Shown: positions 46,380-59,105, numbered from the whole stretch's first letter. The stretch is DNA of 63,864 nt, filler included, from Octopus bimaculoides (GCF_001194135.2; 5 parts of 3 records of this genome joined end to end with filler, not necessarily neighbours in it), one strand, 5' to 3'. The notes: a model not told the origin generated them from the sequence alone. Translations and numbers: made by a program.

Positions 46380-48672
46380 AGTTTTTAATTTTTATGAAAG
46401 CTTAAATTTTAGATTCAAGTAGGAAATGGTCGGTCTCTCCTTGCATAGACATATCAAGTTCATTACATTTCCTAAAAGCATCCAGAAAGTATCCTAATTT
46501 ATATAACCTATCTCCTTTGTAACACAAATTAGCCAAATCTGGATTTTATCCCGAGGGAAATATTATGACTTCATTTTTTCAATCTTCCTAGCCGTTTCAA
46601 TGTTAACCCACTTGAGAGCCGTTTCACATCTGTTCTCAATAAAAGTTTGCTGAAATTGGATTCCATTTCATTATAGTGAGTGCACAACTTTTAATAAAGA
46701 AAATAATTTTAACTGCATCTTGAAATACTTCATTCAGATCTGCAGAAATTTTCTTCTACATAAGTATCTAACTGAGAATCATAAAATGAATGATTTTTAC
46801 TTTCAGATATGACTTTAATCTGAAAGGTAATTTTTCTCTTCGCCATAACTACCGCACCATCAGTGCATACTCCAACACTGTTATCACATTCAAGGCCAAG
46901 TTCTCAGAAGAAATCATTCGCGTTTTGAAAATTTTTTTCACCAATAGTCCGTCGATCCGACAGGGCAGCAAGTCTTCGTAACCACTTTGCACATATTTTT
47001 CCATGAACAATTTCTGTCATTTTAATCGCTGCTGGTAACACAAGTGCTTCACCGATGCTGTGTGGTTTGTAGGTCTGGCAATTAAATAAGCACTTCAAAA
47101 GATACCTTTAAATATTTCTCTATATTTGTAGTGTGACTATCATTTTCAAGAGCTTGCTTCTATTTACTGAAAGATTCCGATAGATCTTCAAGAACTTCTG
47201 TTGGTTAGCTGTAATACAAAGAATGTCTTGAATCAAAATATCTGTTTTTGTAGGCTTCATACCTTCACTCACTACACACTCGTTCCAAATTAAGTAGACG
47301 TGCATTTCTTCTTTATTTTCAAAGTAAAAGTATACCTGTCTTTCAAATAAAATTCATTATATTTTTCCTTTTTGGAAAAAATTACATCGAAGTCAAAGAG
47401 TTACTTACTTGCAAAATCATGGTACTCCTTAAAATTTGTGGCGCTTTACTTATATCAACTTTACTTTCCATGGTTTTTACGTTGATAAGCTCAACCACGT
47501 ATCCATGGGTAAGGTATTGTGTCCGTCATATAATTAAAAAAGGAAAATTATTGTGAGAATCTTTGAGCAGTCCACGATGGAGTTTTCGCTTAGCAGAACT
47601 GATTTGGGGTCATCACAATTCGAAGCCATCATTTTTAGTTTCGTGTGGTTAGTAAAGCAGTTATCTTCTCTCGCTTTTTTTTTAACAAGCACTTTTATGA
47701 ATGTTTATTGCATAAATAAGTTAATTGATACAGGCTAAATTTAAAACAAAATATTTCCAATTAGTTTGATTAACAGTGACTTATGGTTTTGTATATCTTT
47801 CGTGAATAAAAATCATGTTCGTTGATTTTTTTTTTAACTTAGGTATTTACAAACTTTATGATGCGTGAATAAAATTTCGCACCCAGATATTGTAACTAAA
47901 ATTCAGTAAGATATGTTACGTTATCGATTCATTTTATTACAAAACAATTTATTTAGAATAATTAGATACATTATCTGATCCAAAATAATTTGGTTAAATT
48001 CTAATAATTTTTAATAGGAATTACTTATCAATTTCTGGATAAAATATTTTAATCAAATTAAATATTTTTTTATTTAAGTTCATTTCAAAACAAGTGGGTT
48101 TGTTCACTCCTATCACGAAAAAGTACGATAACGAGTCTTCCCATCTCTTTTCCATAACTGTTGCTCAGTTGAGCTTCGCGTCACGTCCAAGATTTTTTAT
48201 TCTGCAAGGAAGTCGCTCTAAGCGGCGATAAGTTTTATACCAACCTACAATTTCATCTGAGCCCATGTTTCAAAAACTTGAAATAAACTTCAAATTAAAA
48301 TAACTTGCCTTATACATCAAGAAAGTAATTAGTGTAGTAAAAAATGGTACTATTCCGCTGTTGGAAATCCTTCAGAAGTGAGGAGAAGCTGAGACTGTTC
48401 CACAATCACATGGAATTAAAACAAAAATTGAAGACGTCAATCATTATTTCAGTATGAGGGAATTTTTTGGCTCGGTTTTTATTAAATTTGATGCTTTTGT
48501 TTGTCGTTAAATGTACTATCGCAAAGTTGTATTTATTTATTTATTATGGAAAAATATTTTAAATGATAATAGAAATTATCCTACAGCTAAAATCTAAAGT
48601 ATAAAAGAAATTTCTCAATTGGACTCGCAACCCCACTGAATTTCCACGCAACCCCCATTCTGGGAAAGTCTG
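46380..48672 (-). mobile_element. hAT Charlie/Buster-type transposon relic with 5' terminus
   Basis: EGMKPTK, KPHSIGEALVLPAAIKM, VGVCTDGA, LLLRTDVKRLSSG (compare LLLHTEVRWLSRG), NELDMSMQG; putative 5' end CAGACTTTCCCAGAATGGGGGTTGCG at 48672. Confidence 0.85.
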
Positions 48673-48906
48673 CATTAAACTATACTTCATTATATTCCAC
48701 AATAATAATTCAAAATACACTACACAATACATTATTATATTATCTATATTACGATATTACACGATATGACACTATTATATTATACAATTCAACACCTAAC
48801 CGAATTACATTGTTGCATTAAAATTGAGCAAACGAATGATCCTCTGTAGTATAAATCAGCCTGCTAGAAANNNNNNNNNNTATATATATATATATATATA
48901 TATATA

Positions 48907-49812
48907 TGGGAAAAATAAGTTCAAAAGAGAACAATTGAAACTTATTTAAGATTATTTCTTCCTTTAACAATAGAAAACTAAAGAATTTTACCTCCTCTAA
49001 TACTTATACTAACCCCAATTATTCAAATAGCTCTGTATCTCTACCAACGATTCCCATACTCTCACAAACTCTTCCTCTATCAATACATATACACATAACA
49101 ATAACACACCTAATGTTAGTAACAATTGTAACTGTAGAAAACCTAACACCTGTGAGGTTAAAGGTAATTGTAAAATGAAAAATGTTGTATATAAAGCTAC
49201 TATTACAACACATGACCTCTCTATGTTTCATGGTATAGGTTGCACGTAGACCCCTCTTAAATTACGTTTGAATAATCATAAATCATTTTTTAATGAACCT
49301 CGGAAAGAAAGTAGTACTAGTTTATCCAAAAAGGTATGGCAACTTAAAAGAGACAACATAAATTTCTCAATTTCTTGAAATATTGTATATTCTGGTCCCT
49401 CTTATAGGATTAGAAATAGAACGTGCCTTTTATGCTTTGAAGAATCTTATATAACTATGAAAATGAACGGTTCTATCCTAAATTCGAGAGAGGAAAGAGA
49501 TTTCCTCTTGTAAACATGTGCAAATTTCTTTTCATTAACCTTAAATAGTCTTATTGATTACCTATTTGTCATTTTCTTATTAGTTCTTATTATACTCTTA
49601 GGTTGTGTGTATGTATGTATATGTGTATGACTGTATATCCTTATGTGTCAAGTGTATACGTTTTCTCTATCACTTGTAATTTTATAATAATTCTATCCTT
49701 CATATATTCGCTTTTTGTTCCTACATTTTTTCTGATTGTCTCTCTTACCCCGGGTTAGTTTTGAGTAACGTAACTATCTTGAATACACTAACCGGTCTTG
49801 TCTGATCGATGT
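48907..49812 (+). mobile_element. Penelope-like element 3' relic: GIY-YIG endonuclease pseudogene plus pLTR
   Basis: NCNCRKPNTCEVKGNCKMKNVVYKATI...GIGCT*TPLKLRLNNHKSF...STSLSKKVWQLK...TCLLCFEES...LNSREE matches the PLE GIY-YIG pattern; contains stops and frameshifts. Confidence 0.85.
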
Positions 49813-49913
49813 TNNNNNNNNNNNNNNNNNNNNNNNNNNNNNNNNNNNNNNNNNNNNTTAATTAATTAANNNNNNNNNNNNNNNNNNNNNNNNNNNNNNN
49901 NNNNNNNNNNNNN

Positions 49914-49944
<31 letters not shown>

Positions 49945-49992
49945 GTGTGTGTATATATATATTTATTTATATATATATATGTATACATATAC

Positions 49993-50031
<39 letters not shown>

Positions 50032-50457
50032 CAGATATTTATACATACATTCATATAGACATACAGACATAATTACATACATTCAGTACGTATGGCTAGG
50101 GATTTGTAGTCTTACATCACTTCATACTGCTTTAATATATTTTAAATATCTTCTATCTTTCTATAAGTTCTATTTACTATAGCTTAGTTAATGTTATTTC
50201 AAATTTTTATATCGTTATTTCCATTCTATCAAATTCCAAAGCTCATACAGCCCACTTCACTATTACACTGTACTTCAGTCAGGTTTAGTGTTGACTGTAC
50301 CTTATCCCACTGTACAGTTGGGTATTCCTCAGGTTGATGTACAGTTTGCTATATATTTCAGAAGCAGCAGTTGTACGTTTCTGTCTCGTACTGATTTTTA
50401 CATTGAAAAACCTTAGCAGTTAGTTAAATCACAATTAAAAAATGTATATCTATTTGC

Positions 50458-50488
<31 letters not shown>

Positions 50489-50655
50489 TGTATGTATGTA
50501 TGTATGTATGTATGAATGTAGGTATGTATGTATGTAGGTAGGTAGGTATGTATGTATGTATGTATGTATGTATGCATGTATGTATGCATGTATGTATGTA
50601 TGTATGTTTGTGTGTGCATGCATGTATGTGTGTATGTATGTATGTATGTATGTAT
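50458..50655. repeat. (TATG)n tetranucleotide tract
   Basis: About 200 bp of TATG with variants. Confidence 0.95.
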
Positions 50656-50763
50656 CGATTCAATTCGTCCCCGGTTCGATCCAGGTACGTTATGCTGATA
50701 AGCCACAAAAATAGCAAAATATCGGTATCTATCACTCATGAATGGGATTGAGGGCGAGTTGTA

Positions 50764-51381
50764 TAGGGATCAGCAGAAATTGCTTCACCAACATACTGAA
50801 CATTTAGAAATAGCAGTTAAAACTACTAATTCTAACTACAATATAAATAGATAAATGTTTTACCGATAAAGGTTTTTTGCATACTGAACTACTTGGCAAA
50901 ATTGTCAATTACTAATTTATTAATTAATTAACAATTCCTTTCCCTATATCTGTATTGATGGTCTTCTCCTAGATGGTTAAACTGCGATCCTTTCTGCGGG
51001 ACTATTCGTGACGCACATGGGGTAATTTTGAGGAGGGAAACGGAACTTGCTAGTCGATATAAATTTCGGGAGGCTGATTTTTCTTATGTGATATTTGATG
51101 TCGCATGGTCAAATGTACATGGGTTTATTAGCATTTTCAGATTTATAATTTTGAATATCATGCTGAAGAGTTGAAATGAATTTTTTATAAAATTCTAATC
51201 ACGAAACGTCGTACATGATTAACTAAGGCAGGTTTGTTTTCGCTTATTTTTTCCTCTGTTGTTCTGTGTGAGTCATGAATATCGCTATCCGTAGCAGTCT
51301 TAATTGTAGTTAAAATTAGTAGTTTTAACTGCTATTTCTAAATTTTCAGTATGTTGGTGAAGCAATTACTGCTGATCCCTA
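50764..51381. mobile_element. Non-autonomous DNA transposon with TIRs of about 80 bp and TA target duplication
   Basis: TAGGGATCAGCAGAAATTGCTTCACCAACATACTGAACATTTAGAAATAGCAGTTAAAACTACTAATTCTAACTACAAT and its inverse at about 51303-51381 differ at 3 positions; TA on both sides. Confidence 0.85.
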
Positions 51382-51392
51382 TATGTTTGTAA

Positions 51393-51436
<44 letters not shown>

Positions 51437-51533
51437 GCACACATTTGACTAGTTGCGACAAAACATATCAGGATCACCCTTCCTGACAACTTCTAGAGCA
51501 GCAAACGTACGGTGCGCACGGATCCAAACCAAG

Positions 51534-51630
51534 ATGGAAACTGAAAAAGAAAACAAAAACAGTAAAACATTAGCTGCATGGAGACAACGTTACCAGCTGC
51601 CTTCACTAGCAGCAGGGATGGTCGGAAAAA
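51534..51630 (+). CDS. Candidate first coding exon (METEKENKNSKTLAAWRQRYQLPSLAAGMVGK)
   Basis: Kozak-like AAGATGG, 32 open codons, then an A|GTAAGG donor; no downstream exon identified. Confidence 0.25.
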
Positions 51631-51733
51631 GTAAGGGACGTTTTCTACTGTAGCGTGCCTGTATATATGCACGTATGTATGTATGTATTTATGTATGTAT
51701 GTATGTATGTATGTATGTATATATGTATGTATG

Positions 51734-51769
<36 letters not shown>

Positions 51770-52534
51770 CATATGTGTGTGTATGTATATATACATATAC
51801 ATTTATAAATATATATATTAAACACGTTTACACTTTAGCATAAACATGAAAATGTGTGTGTGCGCGTGCGTGCGTGCGTGTGTATGCAAAACTGCGAGTA
51901 TATATTGTTGTGTATATAAATATACGTGCACTTCTTGAATATCAATTATATTACTTCATAAGTATCATAACAGAAATGGTTCTATGTCAGAAGGAAAAGG
52001 GTGGGAAGGGGTTTTAAGGTCTGTCCAGACAGCCTGTCAGTGTCATTGTATGATATTTCACGGAAGCCATCTGTTAAACAAAAGCAGCGAAAATATATAC
52101 TACAACTAAGTGTTCAACAGAGAAGAGAACAACGTGTTAGAATTCGGGATGAAACTCCACCTAAAGTATTTATTTCCTTTCTGTTGGCATTCCACGCGGC
52201 CCCAGAACCACTGGGCTAGACGTAGTTTTACTGTTGAGACCGGAGAAGAAACATGGGTATGGTTACTGTCTAATTTTATATGATACTAATGTCGACAAGT
52301 AAATTCTGACTCTCTTGGATACGTAACAGTTAGACCACGTCATATTCCGAAGTTATGGTTTACAATTCAAATCGCAAAGCCCTTAAAATCCCAATATGCT
52401 ACCAACATTATGTCATACCTGGGTCATAAGTATAGTAACGAAATTTACCCGGGGGTGCAAAACCGGGTCCCAAATTTTTTTACAAACACTGTCGATTTTT
52501 TTCAATCAAAACAACAAAACAAACACAGGTATGG

Positions 52535-52985
52535 ATTCAAAATTTGGTACAAAATCAGCAATTTCGGGGAAGGGGAAAGTCAACTACATCGACCCAGTGT
52601 TCAACTGGTACTTATTTTATCGACCCCGAAAGGAGGAAAGGCAAAGTCGACTTCGGCGGATTTTGAATTTAGAAGGTAAAAATTGACGAAATGCCGCTAA
52701 GCATTTTGCCCGACGTGTTAACGATTCTGCTAGCTCGCCGCCTTAAAACAGGTATGATAATGATAATTATTTCTATATTTGTACATGAAGCGGTGAGTTA
52801 GCAGAATCATTAGTACACGGGGCAAAATGCTGAGCGGCATTTCTTAATGTGTTGAGTTCAAATTCCACCGAGGTCGGATTTGCATTTTATCCTTTCGGGG
52901 TCGATAAAATAAGTATCGGTCAAGCATTGGAGTCGATACAATTGATTTACCCCTTCATCGGAAATATTTGGTTTAGTGCCAAAAT
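52535..52985. mobile_element. Two SINE A copies head-to-head (minus 52535-52744, plus 52788-52985)
   Basis: Near-complete inverse copies separated by about 45 bp. Confidence 0.88.
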
Positions 52986-53420
52986 TTGAAACTATTATTA
53001 TATTTGTACATCAGTCAAATCAGAAAAATCTAATAATGGAAAACGTAGTGTTTGAAATCAGTTCCCAAATGTATATACGCGCGTTCGTTTTGGTATTGAA
53101 GTATTTCTGGAAGCTATATAAACCGTTTTCATTGCCACTACGCACCAAACTTTTAGTAGGTGGGCTTGCACAACCCGGTTCCCGATTTCGGTGATAGATA
53201 CTTGGGATCAGCAGTTTCTGGCATGGTGCTGTGGCAAAAACAATACACAATGCCATTCGAGAATGCATTATCCTCGTTGAGTACGTACATTACAACACAA
53301 GGACTATTGGTGAAACATTCATGAGGAATTCCGGAAGGAGCTTCCTGAGACCGCTGCAGAGACGCTTCTGGAAAAAATATATATATATTTCAGTAACCGT
53401 AGCAGTGACTTGAACAATTC

Positions 53421-53480
53421 CTAGCGATATCTGAAGAAGGAATTTTTATATTCCGAAATATTATTATTATATCAGACTAT
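53421..53480 (+). ncRNA. Type I hammerhead ribozyme, core apparently intact
   Basis: GAUAU(53426-30) CUGAAGA(53431-37) A GGAAU-UUUUAU-AUUCC GAAA(53455-58) UAUUAUUAUU AUAUC(53469-73). Stems I, II and III can all form; predicted cleavage follows the AUU triplet at 53468. Confidence 0.7.
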
Positions 53481-54153
53481 ATGTACTACGTCGGTTTGTA
53501 TGCTAGAAAATACGGTACATAAATACTATCACACAAACAAGTTAGAGAGGGCATACTCTTAATATGTAAAAATACGAGCAGAACTTTCACATCGAAGCCG
53601 CTGTAAAATGTAAGAACATAATGCATAATGATATGTGACAAAAAAGCAAAGTATACACGATAGTAGAAATCAGTTATTCAGCAGACGTTAACACAATGTT
53701 AAAGATAACAAAAAGTGAGAAAATATCCGTGCCAAACAAAAGTGAAAGGCAGAGATCACACAAATCATAACTAGGTTTATAATTTTGTTTATAGGGACAC
53801 TTGGTTATGTAAATAACTGCAACAGTATGAACGTCATAAGTTGGGTTTCACAAATCCAGAAAGGGCACGCCCATGTTAGATTGAATTACAAGCTAGAATT
53901 GTGAAAATGCATAAAATTTAGGAACTTACAGACATGGATAGGTATATAAACACATATACAATAACATGCATACCCACATATGCAATAAAAGGCCCACACA
54001 TGCAATAACATACATGCATACTTAAATGTGCAAATGCATATTCATACATACACACACACATACATATAGACGTTTACCATTTAAGTATATATGCGCATGT
54101 CTAGACATGCAAATATATACATACATACATACACACACATACATACATACATG

Positions 54154-54235
<82 letters not shown>

Positions 54236-55059
54236 ACTACCTACCTGATGTTATCTAAATTCCAATGAAATTAGCTTTGTTTCAGTTGGAGACTCTTCTC
54301 CTAGTGAGAATTCTGAAAAATAAAACCTGAAGAATACAAATACATAAATGTTACCGCACGTGTGTGTATGTATATGTGCATACATATATACATACTTACA
54401 TACTCATACATACATAAACATTGTAAACATACACAGTCACGAAATCAGTTTGTATACACTTCAGCGTAGTGACTGGCAGATTAACGGTTCTTCTCTGCCA
54501 CATTAGCTGGAAGGGAAGACCTAAAATTCCCAGATGTTTAAACCGAAAAGGTAGGTACTTGAAACTTGTCTGACCCAACCCGTCTTATTATGACTGCTAA
54601 GACAGCCGTCGAACAGATGAAACACGCTGCTATACTTCAAATTATCACTGCATGCTTATACCTACATCTATTCTTCAGCAGTTTGCTTACGTTATCAGAC
54701 AATATCTTGAAAATATTTAGCCAGTTAAAGCAATGTAAAGTTGGTCTTTAACTTTGTTGCGCACAAGTTTTTCTTCAATAATATAAACGTTTTTAAACAT
54801 ATAAGTCGTCATTGAACATCAAAAATTGAAATTACCCCTTTTGGCATACAAATCGAATTTCTCAGATCAAAATTTACAGCCACAAAAAAGGCAGGTCGAC
54901 TTATACACTAAGATTACTTTGGAAGGAAAAACATTCCATGTGAAATGCAGAAGGATTTGGAAAGATAATGACGTGTTTGAATGTTTATACTACATATTTG
55001 CACTATATTCTACGTCGACTATTATACCGGAAAATACGGTGTAACATTTCATAACTCAG

Positions 55060-55375
55060 AACGTAAAGAGCCGGAATGAATATTTATACGACAAAACATT
55101 TTTCGACGCTTCAACGATTCAGCTAGATCACTGCCTTTCCTCCTTTAGTAAAATTCCGGAGAGCTGGCGGAGTTATTAGAGCGGCGGAAAAAACTGCCTT
55201 GCAGTAATACTTTTGATTTTTATGCCTTCTGGGTTCAAACTCCACCAAATTCAGCTTTGTCTTTTATCCTCCATAAGTCGATAAATTGATGTACGAGTCA
55301 ACAAGCGGATTCTAAGATTTCGACGAATCCCATAACCTCAAAACTCATGGACTTGTGCCTAAATCAAAAACAAAA
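55060..55375. mobile_element. Degenerate SINE A head-to-head pair
   Basis: Minus head 55060-55145 (AACTCAGAACGTAAAG...AACGATTC) and plus copy 55155-55375 (GAGCTGGCGGA...GGTTCAAACTCC...GTCGATAAATT). Confidence 0.65.
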
Positions 55376-55399
55376 CTATTATAGAAATTTTAAAAAATT

Positions 55400-56135
55400 A
55401 AAAAGCTAATGGTTATGCCGGTGGGAATAAGTAAAAAGCCATTGCCTAAATATCTTGATTTTAACTACACGTATGGGAGATTGTTCAGAACAGGTTTAGT
55501 TATTATTAGACTTTCTACAAAACTGGTAAGTACAATAAAGTCTATGCTTCGCTGGCTTTGTCAAATAAACTTGTTTGTCGAAGTTATTTCCCCATACCTG
55601 TAGATAGAATCGAAGTATTTATCAAAAGTGAATGCAATTTGTTTCTGATAGGACAATTTTAGCGTCTTTTGTTCTTTGTTGTAGTCCGCCGTAAACTTAT
55701 CCAAGAGCTATATATTTCCCTGAGTATAACGTTTACAAAATTAACATTTTTTCAATGCGGAAAGATTAAAAATTAAGTATCAAGCATCGTAGAACAAAAC
55801 TGTTTTGCAATTTCTATTTCTTGTTGGGCTAATTTAACTTCTTTCACTTCGATAATGCTGGTGAAAAGTTATGGTTGTCACAAAGACTTATTTGAAGATT
55901 TGTTTGACCTTAAAATTGATAGCATTATTGAGCCTCTTCCAAATATAAAATTTCTAACCCAACGTCTGTGTTTGCTAAGTAAAATTTTTTTTTTGTGGTT
56001 TTCTTTATCAGCTTTCATTTTTCTCTTCATCTACCCATTATTAACATGATAAATTCTTTAACTGGTTTCTATTATTGAACTTCATGGTCAGACACAGACT
56101 TCAAGAGTTTTTACTCCATCATACAGAGACGCAGT
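55400..56135 (-). mobile_element. Possible heavily decayed Penelope-like RT fragment with degenerate HHR at its 5' side
   Basis: Weak matches LFTSI and TGMG (compare PLE xLYTSI and GTAMG), plus an upstream CTGTATGA T GGAGT-AAAA-ACTCT TGAAG hairpin. Confidence 0.3.
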
Positions 56136-57639
56136 CTTCATTTCAGTCTGGTCTATATTTTATCAGCGTTAATTCTTCAAATCATTAATTTACATATTTG
56201 ACATAAAGGGAAAACATTTTAACACCGGTATACACCAGTAAATATAAACCAAGACACACTTACACACACGCATATATATATATATANNNNNNNNNNNNNN
56301 NNNNNNNNNNNNNNNNNNNNNNNNNNNNNNNNNNNNNNNNNNNNNNNNNNNNNNNNNNNNNNNNNNNNNNNNNNNNNNNNNNNNNNNNNNNNNNNNNNNN
56401 NNNNNNNNNNNNNNNNNNNNNNNNNNNNNNNNNNNNNNNNNNNNNNNNNNNNNNNNNNNNNNNNNNNNNNNNNNNNNNNNNNNNNNNNNNNNNNNNNNNN
56501 NNNNNNNNNNNNNNNNNNNNNNNNNNNNNNNNNNNNNNNNNNNNNNNNNNNNNNNNNNNNNNNNNNNNNNNNNNNNNNNNNNNNNNNNNNNNNNNNNNNN
56601 NNNNNNNNNNNNNNNNNNNNNNNNNNNNNNNNNNNNNNNNNNNNNNNNNNNNNNNNNNNNNNNNNNNNNNNNNNNNNNNNNNNNNNNNNNNNNNNNNNNN
56701 NNNNNNNNNNNNNNNNNNNNNNNNNNNNNNNNNNNNNNNNNNNNNNNNNNNNNNNNNNNNNNNNNNNNNNNNTATATATATATGGTTAGTCTTCGCACAA
56801 TTTCCACGTACTAGAATGTACTCGCAACGCACTGGTTAAACCAAAGTTACAAACTAAGGCACTTACCTTCGTAACTGCGCACTGGAACCAAATCTGGACG
56901 CCGTGATTGCGAAGCAAATTTCTTAACAACATCACATGCCTAGGTTTGTGCATTTATGAAAAGGTGTGACTATATTAACTCAATGTTCTTTCCATTTTCA
57001 AAACGGATTATCCGTTTGTTAGTTCTTTTTTTTTTTAACCCAGTGAATATTTGCAAATGGAAATTACAAGCGCCATTAACCCCAACTTTTGATGTGTATA
57101 AAACGAATATCGATGCGTAGAGATAACAACGATAAATTAAGTATAATAGTAATCTTTTATTTCCTTGCGACTGCAAAGAAATTAAACAATATGTATTCTT
57201 CCATAGGTTGATGAAGTACAGCATTGAAGCAGACAGTAGATGTTTCGAATTATTACATTAATAAATGCAAAGTTCGCATGAATGTATTTTAAAAAACGTG
57301 TTTATGTTTATAAAGTCACCTGTATTATTCAATGTTGTACAAATGATGTTATACATATGTGCAAGATTTAACATTCTTTTTGAGTGTCACAGGTGGTGAG
57401 AGTGAATAGTGTCATTGATGTAAAGAAAAACGAAAATAGCACGCAGAGAAAATGTTGGGTCTATTTTTTGGCATGCCATTCCCCATAGACCACTAGAGCA
57501 ACGTGAAATAAATTGTCTTGCTCACGGACAAAATGCGTATCGAATTCACGATCGTAACCCGAATACTCTAATCACTAAGCCACGCACCTTCTCGATCAGA
57601 AAATATGTAGTAAGTATGGAATGTTATTTCGTTTAACCT

Positions 57640-57835
57640 CAGGGCGGGGAGCTGGTAGAATCGTTAGATCACTGAGCAAAATTCTTAGCGACATTTCGTC
57701 CGTCTTTACGTTCTGTGTTCAGATTTCACCGAAGTCATCTTCGCCATTCAACCTTCTGGTGTCGATAAAATAAGTACCAGTTGTAATCGACTTTTCCCCT
57801 TCCCGAAATTGCTGGTCCCATGCCAAAATTTGAAA
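57640..57835 (+). mobile_element. SINE family A
   Basis: GGGCGGGGAGCTGGTAGAATCGTTAG...GTCGATAAAATAAGTACCAGTTG. Confidence 0.85.
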
Positions 57836-58913
57836 ACGTTATTTTGTTTAACGTCAATAGAAACAAAGTTACCAGCTGGAATTTTGATCATCTCAGAAAG
57901 GATTTTCAAAACTTAGGAATGAATTAGAATACAGCTAAATATGAGAAGTTGAAAATGATTTTTGGAACGAAATAGAATGAAAGTTATATTTTTATGTCAA
58001 TTCAATTTTAAACATATAACAATGTTCGGTCACAAAAAGAATTAGCCTTTTATTTTAGTGCAATATGCCATGCCTGTTTTATTTTTGGAAATATGAATGT
58101 CACAATATAACTGATACTTTTGCCATAGATAAAAATGTATGTTGCCATGAGATAAACACTTAAAAGTGAAAGCGACAATCAAGCTGAAAGTGAAAGAGTG
58201 GTATGTTGTATTTACATATAAGAACAATAAGAACGTCTCATGTTTTTCTCTAAAAGCATATTTTTCCTTGGCTTTGATACTATCGTCTCATATAAGTCAG
58301 TGTCTGTTCCTAACTGGAAGCGGGACAAACAATTCAGACGTGAAACTGCCCTCACACGATTCGCTCACAGGAAATCTTGGATGTCAAAATATATTCGCTG
58401 AAAGAGATAAAACCATTCAAAGAAATTGACAAGAGATTGGCAGAACAAGTTATTTAGAACCTGTATTATATCAGATATCTTCATCTTAGCGACGTATCTA
58501 TTTTCAGCTTTGTCTGGAGAGTGTCATTAGTTCTAAGACTTCAAATTTATTGATTTAGCTATAAAGTGGATTTAACATTGTATCTCATGTATGAATACAG
58601 TTTCATCCGTCTAGTTTTCAAGTTCAAATATCGTCGAGGCCAAACTTCGAGTGTATATATTTTTGTCAGTTCAGTGACATGCTTCTAAAACGAGAAATCA
58701 TGCAGAATTTTTTTACAAAAAGCAGTTTTAGTTCTTCATAAAATGAAGTTGTTTAATACTTCTAATCCTTATTTTAAATTTTAACAAAAAAATCTCACTC
58801 ATATTTCTATTAATTTGAATATATCGCTAAAATGATGAATAAGGCCTCAATTTCGCGAAGTTGTACTATCCAATGCAAATCTTACGAAGCTCTTAATATT
58901 TAAGTTGCAGTTA

Positions 58914-59105
58914 AGGCGGCAAGCTGACAGAATCGTTAGTACGCCGAGCAAAATGCTTAGCGGTATTTCGTCCGTCTTTACGTTCTGGGTTCAAATTCCG
59001 TCGAGGTTGACGTTGCCTTTCGTCCATTCGGGGTCGACAAGATAGGTATCAGTTGAACACTGGGGTCGATGTGATTGACTTATTTTCTCCCCCCAAAATT
59101 AGAAA
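58914..59105 (+). mobile_element. SINE family A
   Basis: TAAGGCGGCAAGCTGACAGAATCGTTAG...GGGTTCAAATTCC...GGGGTCGAC. Confidence 0.9.
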
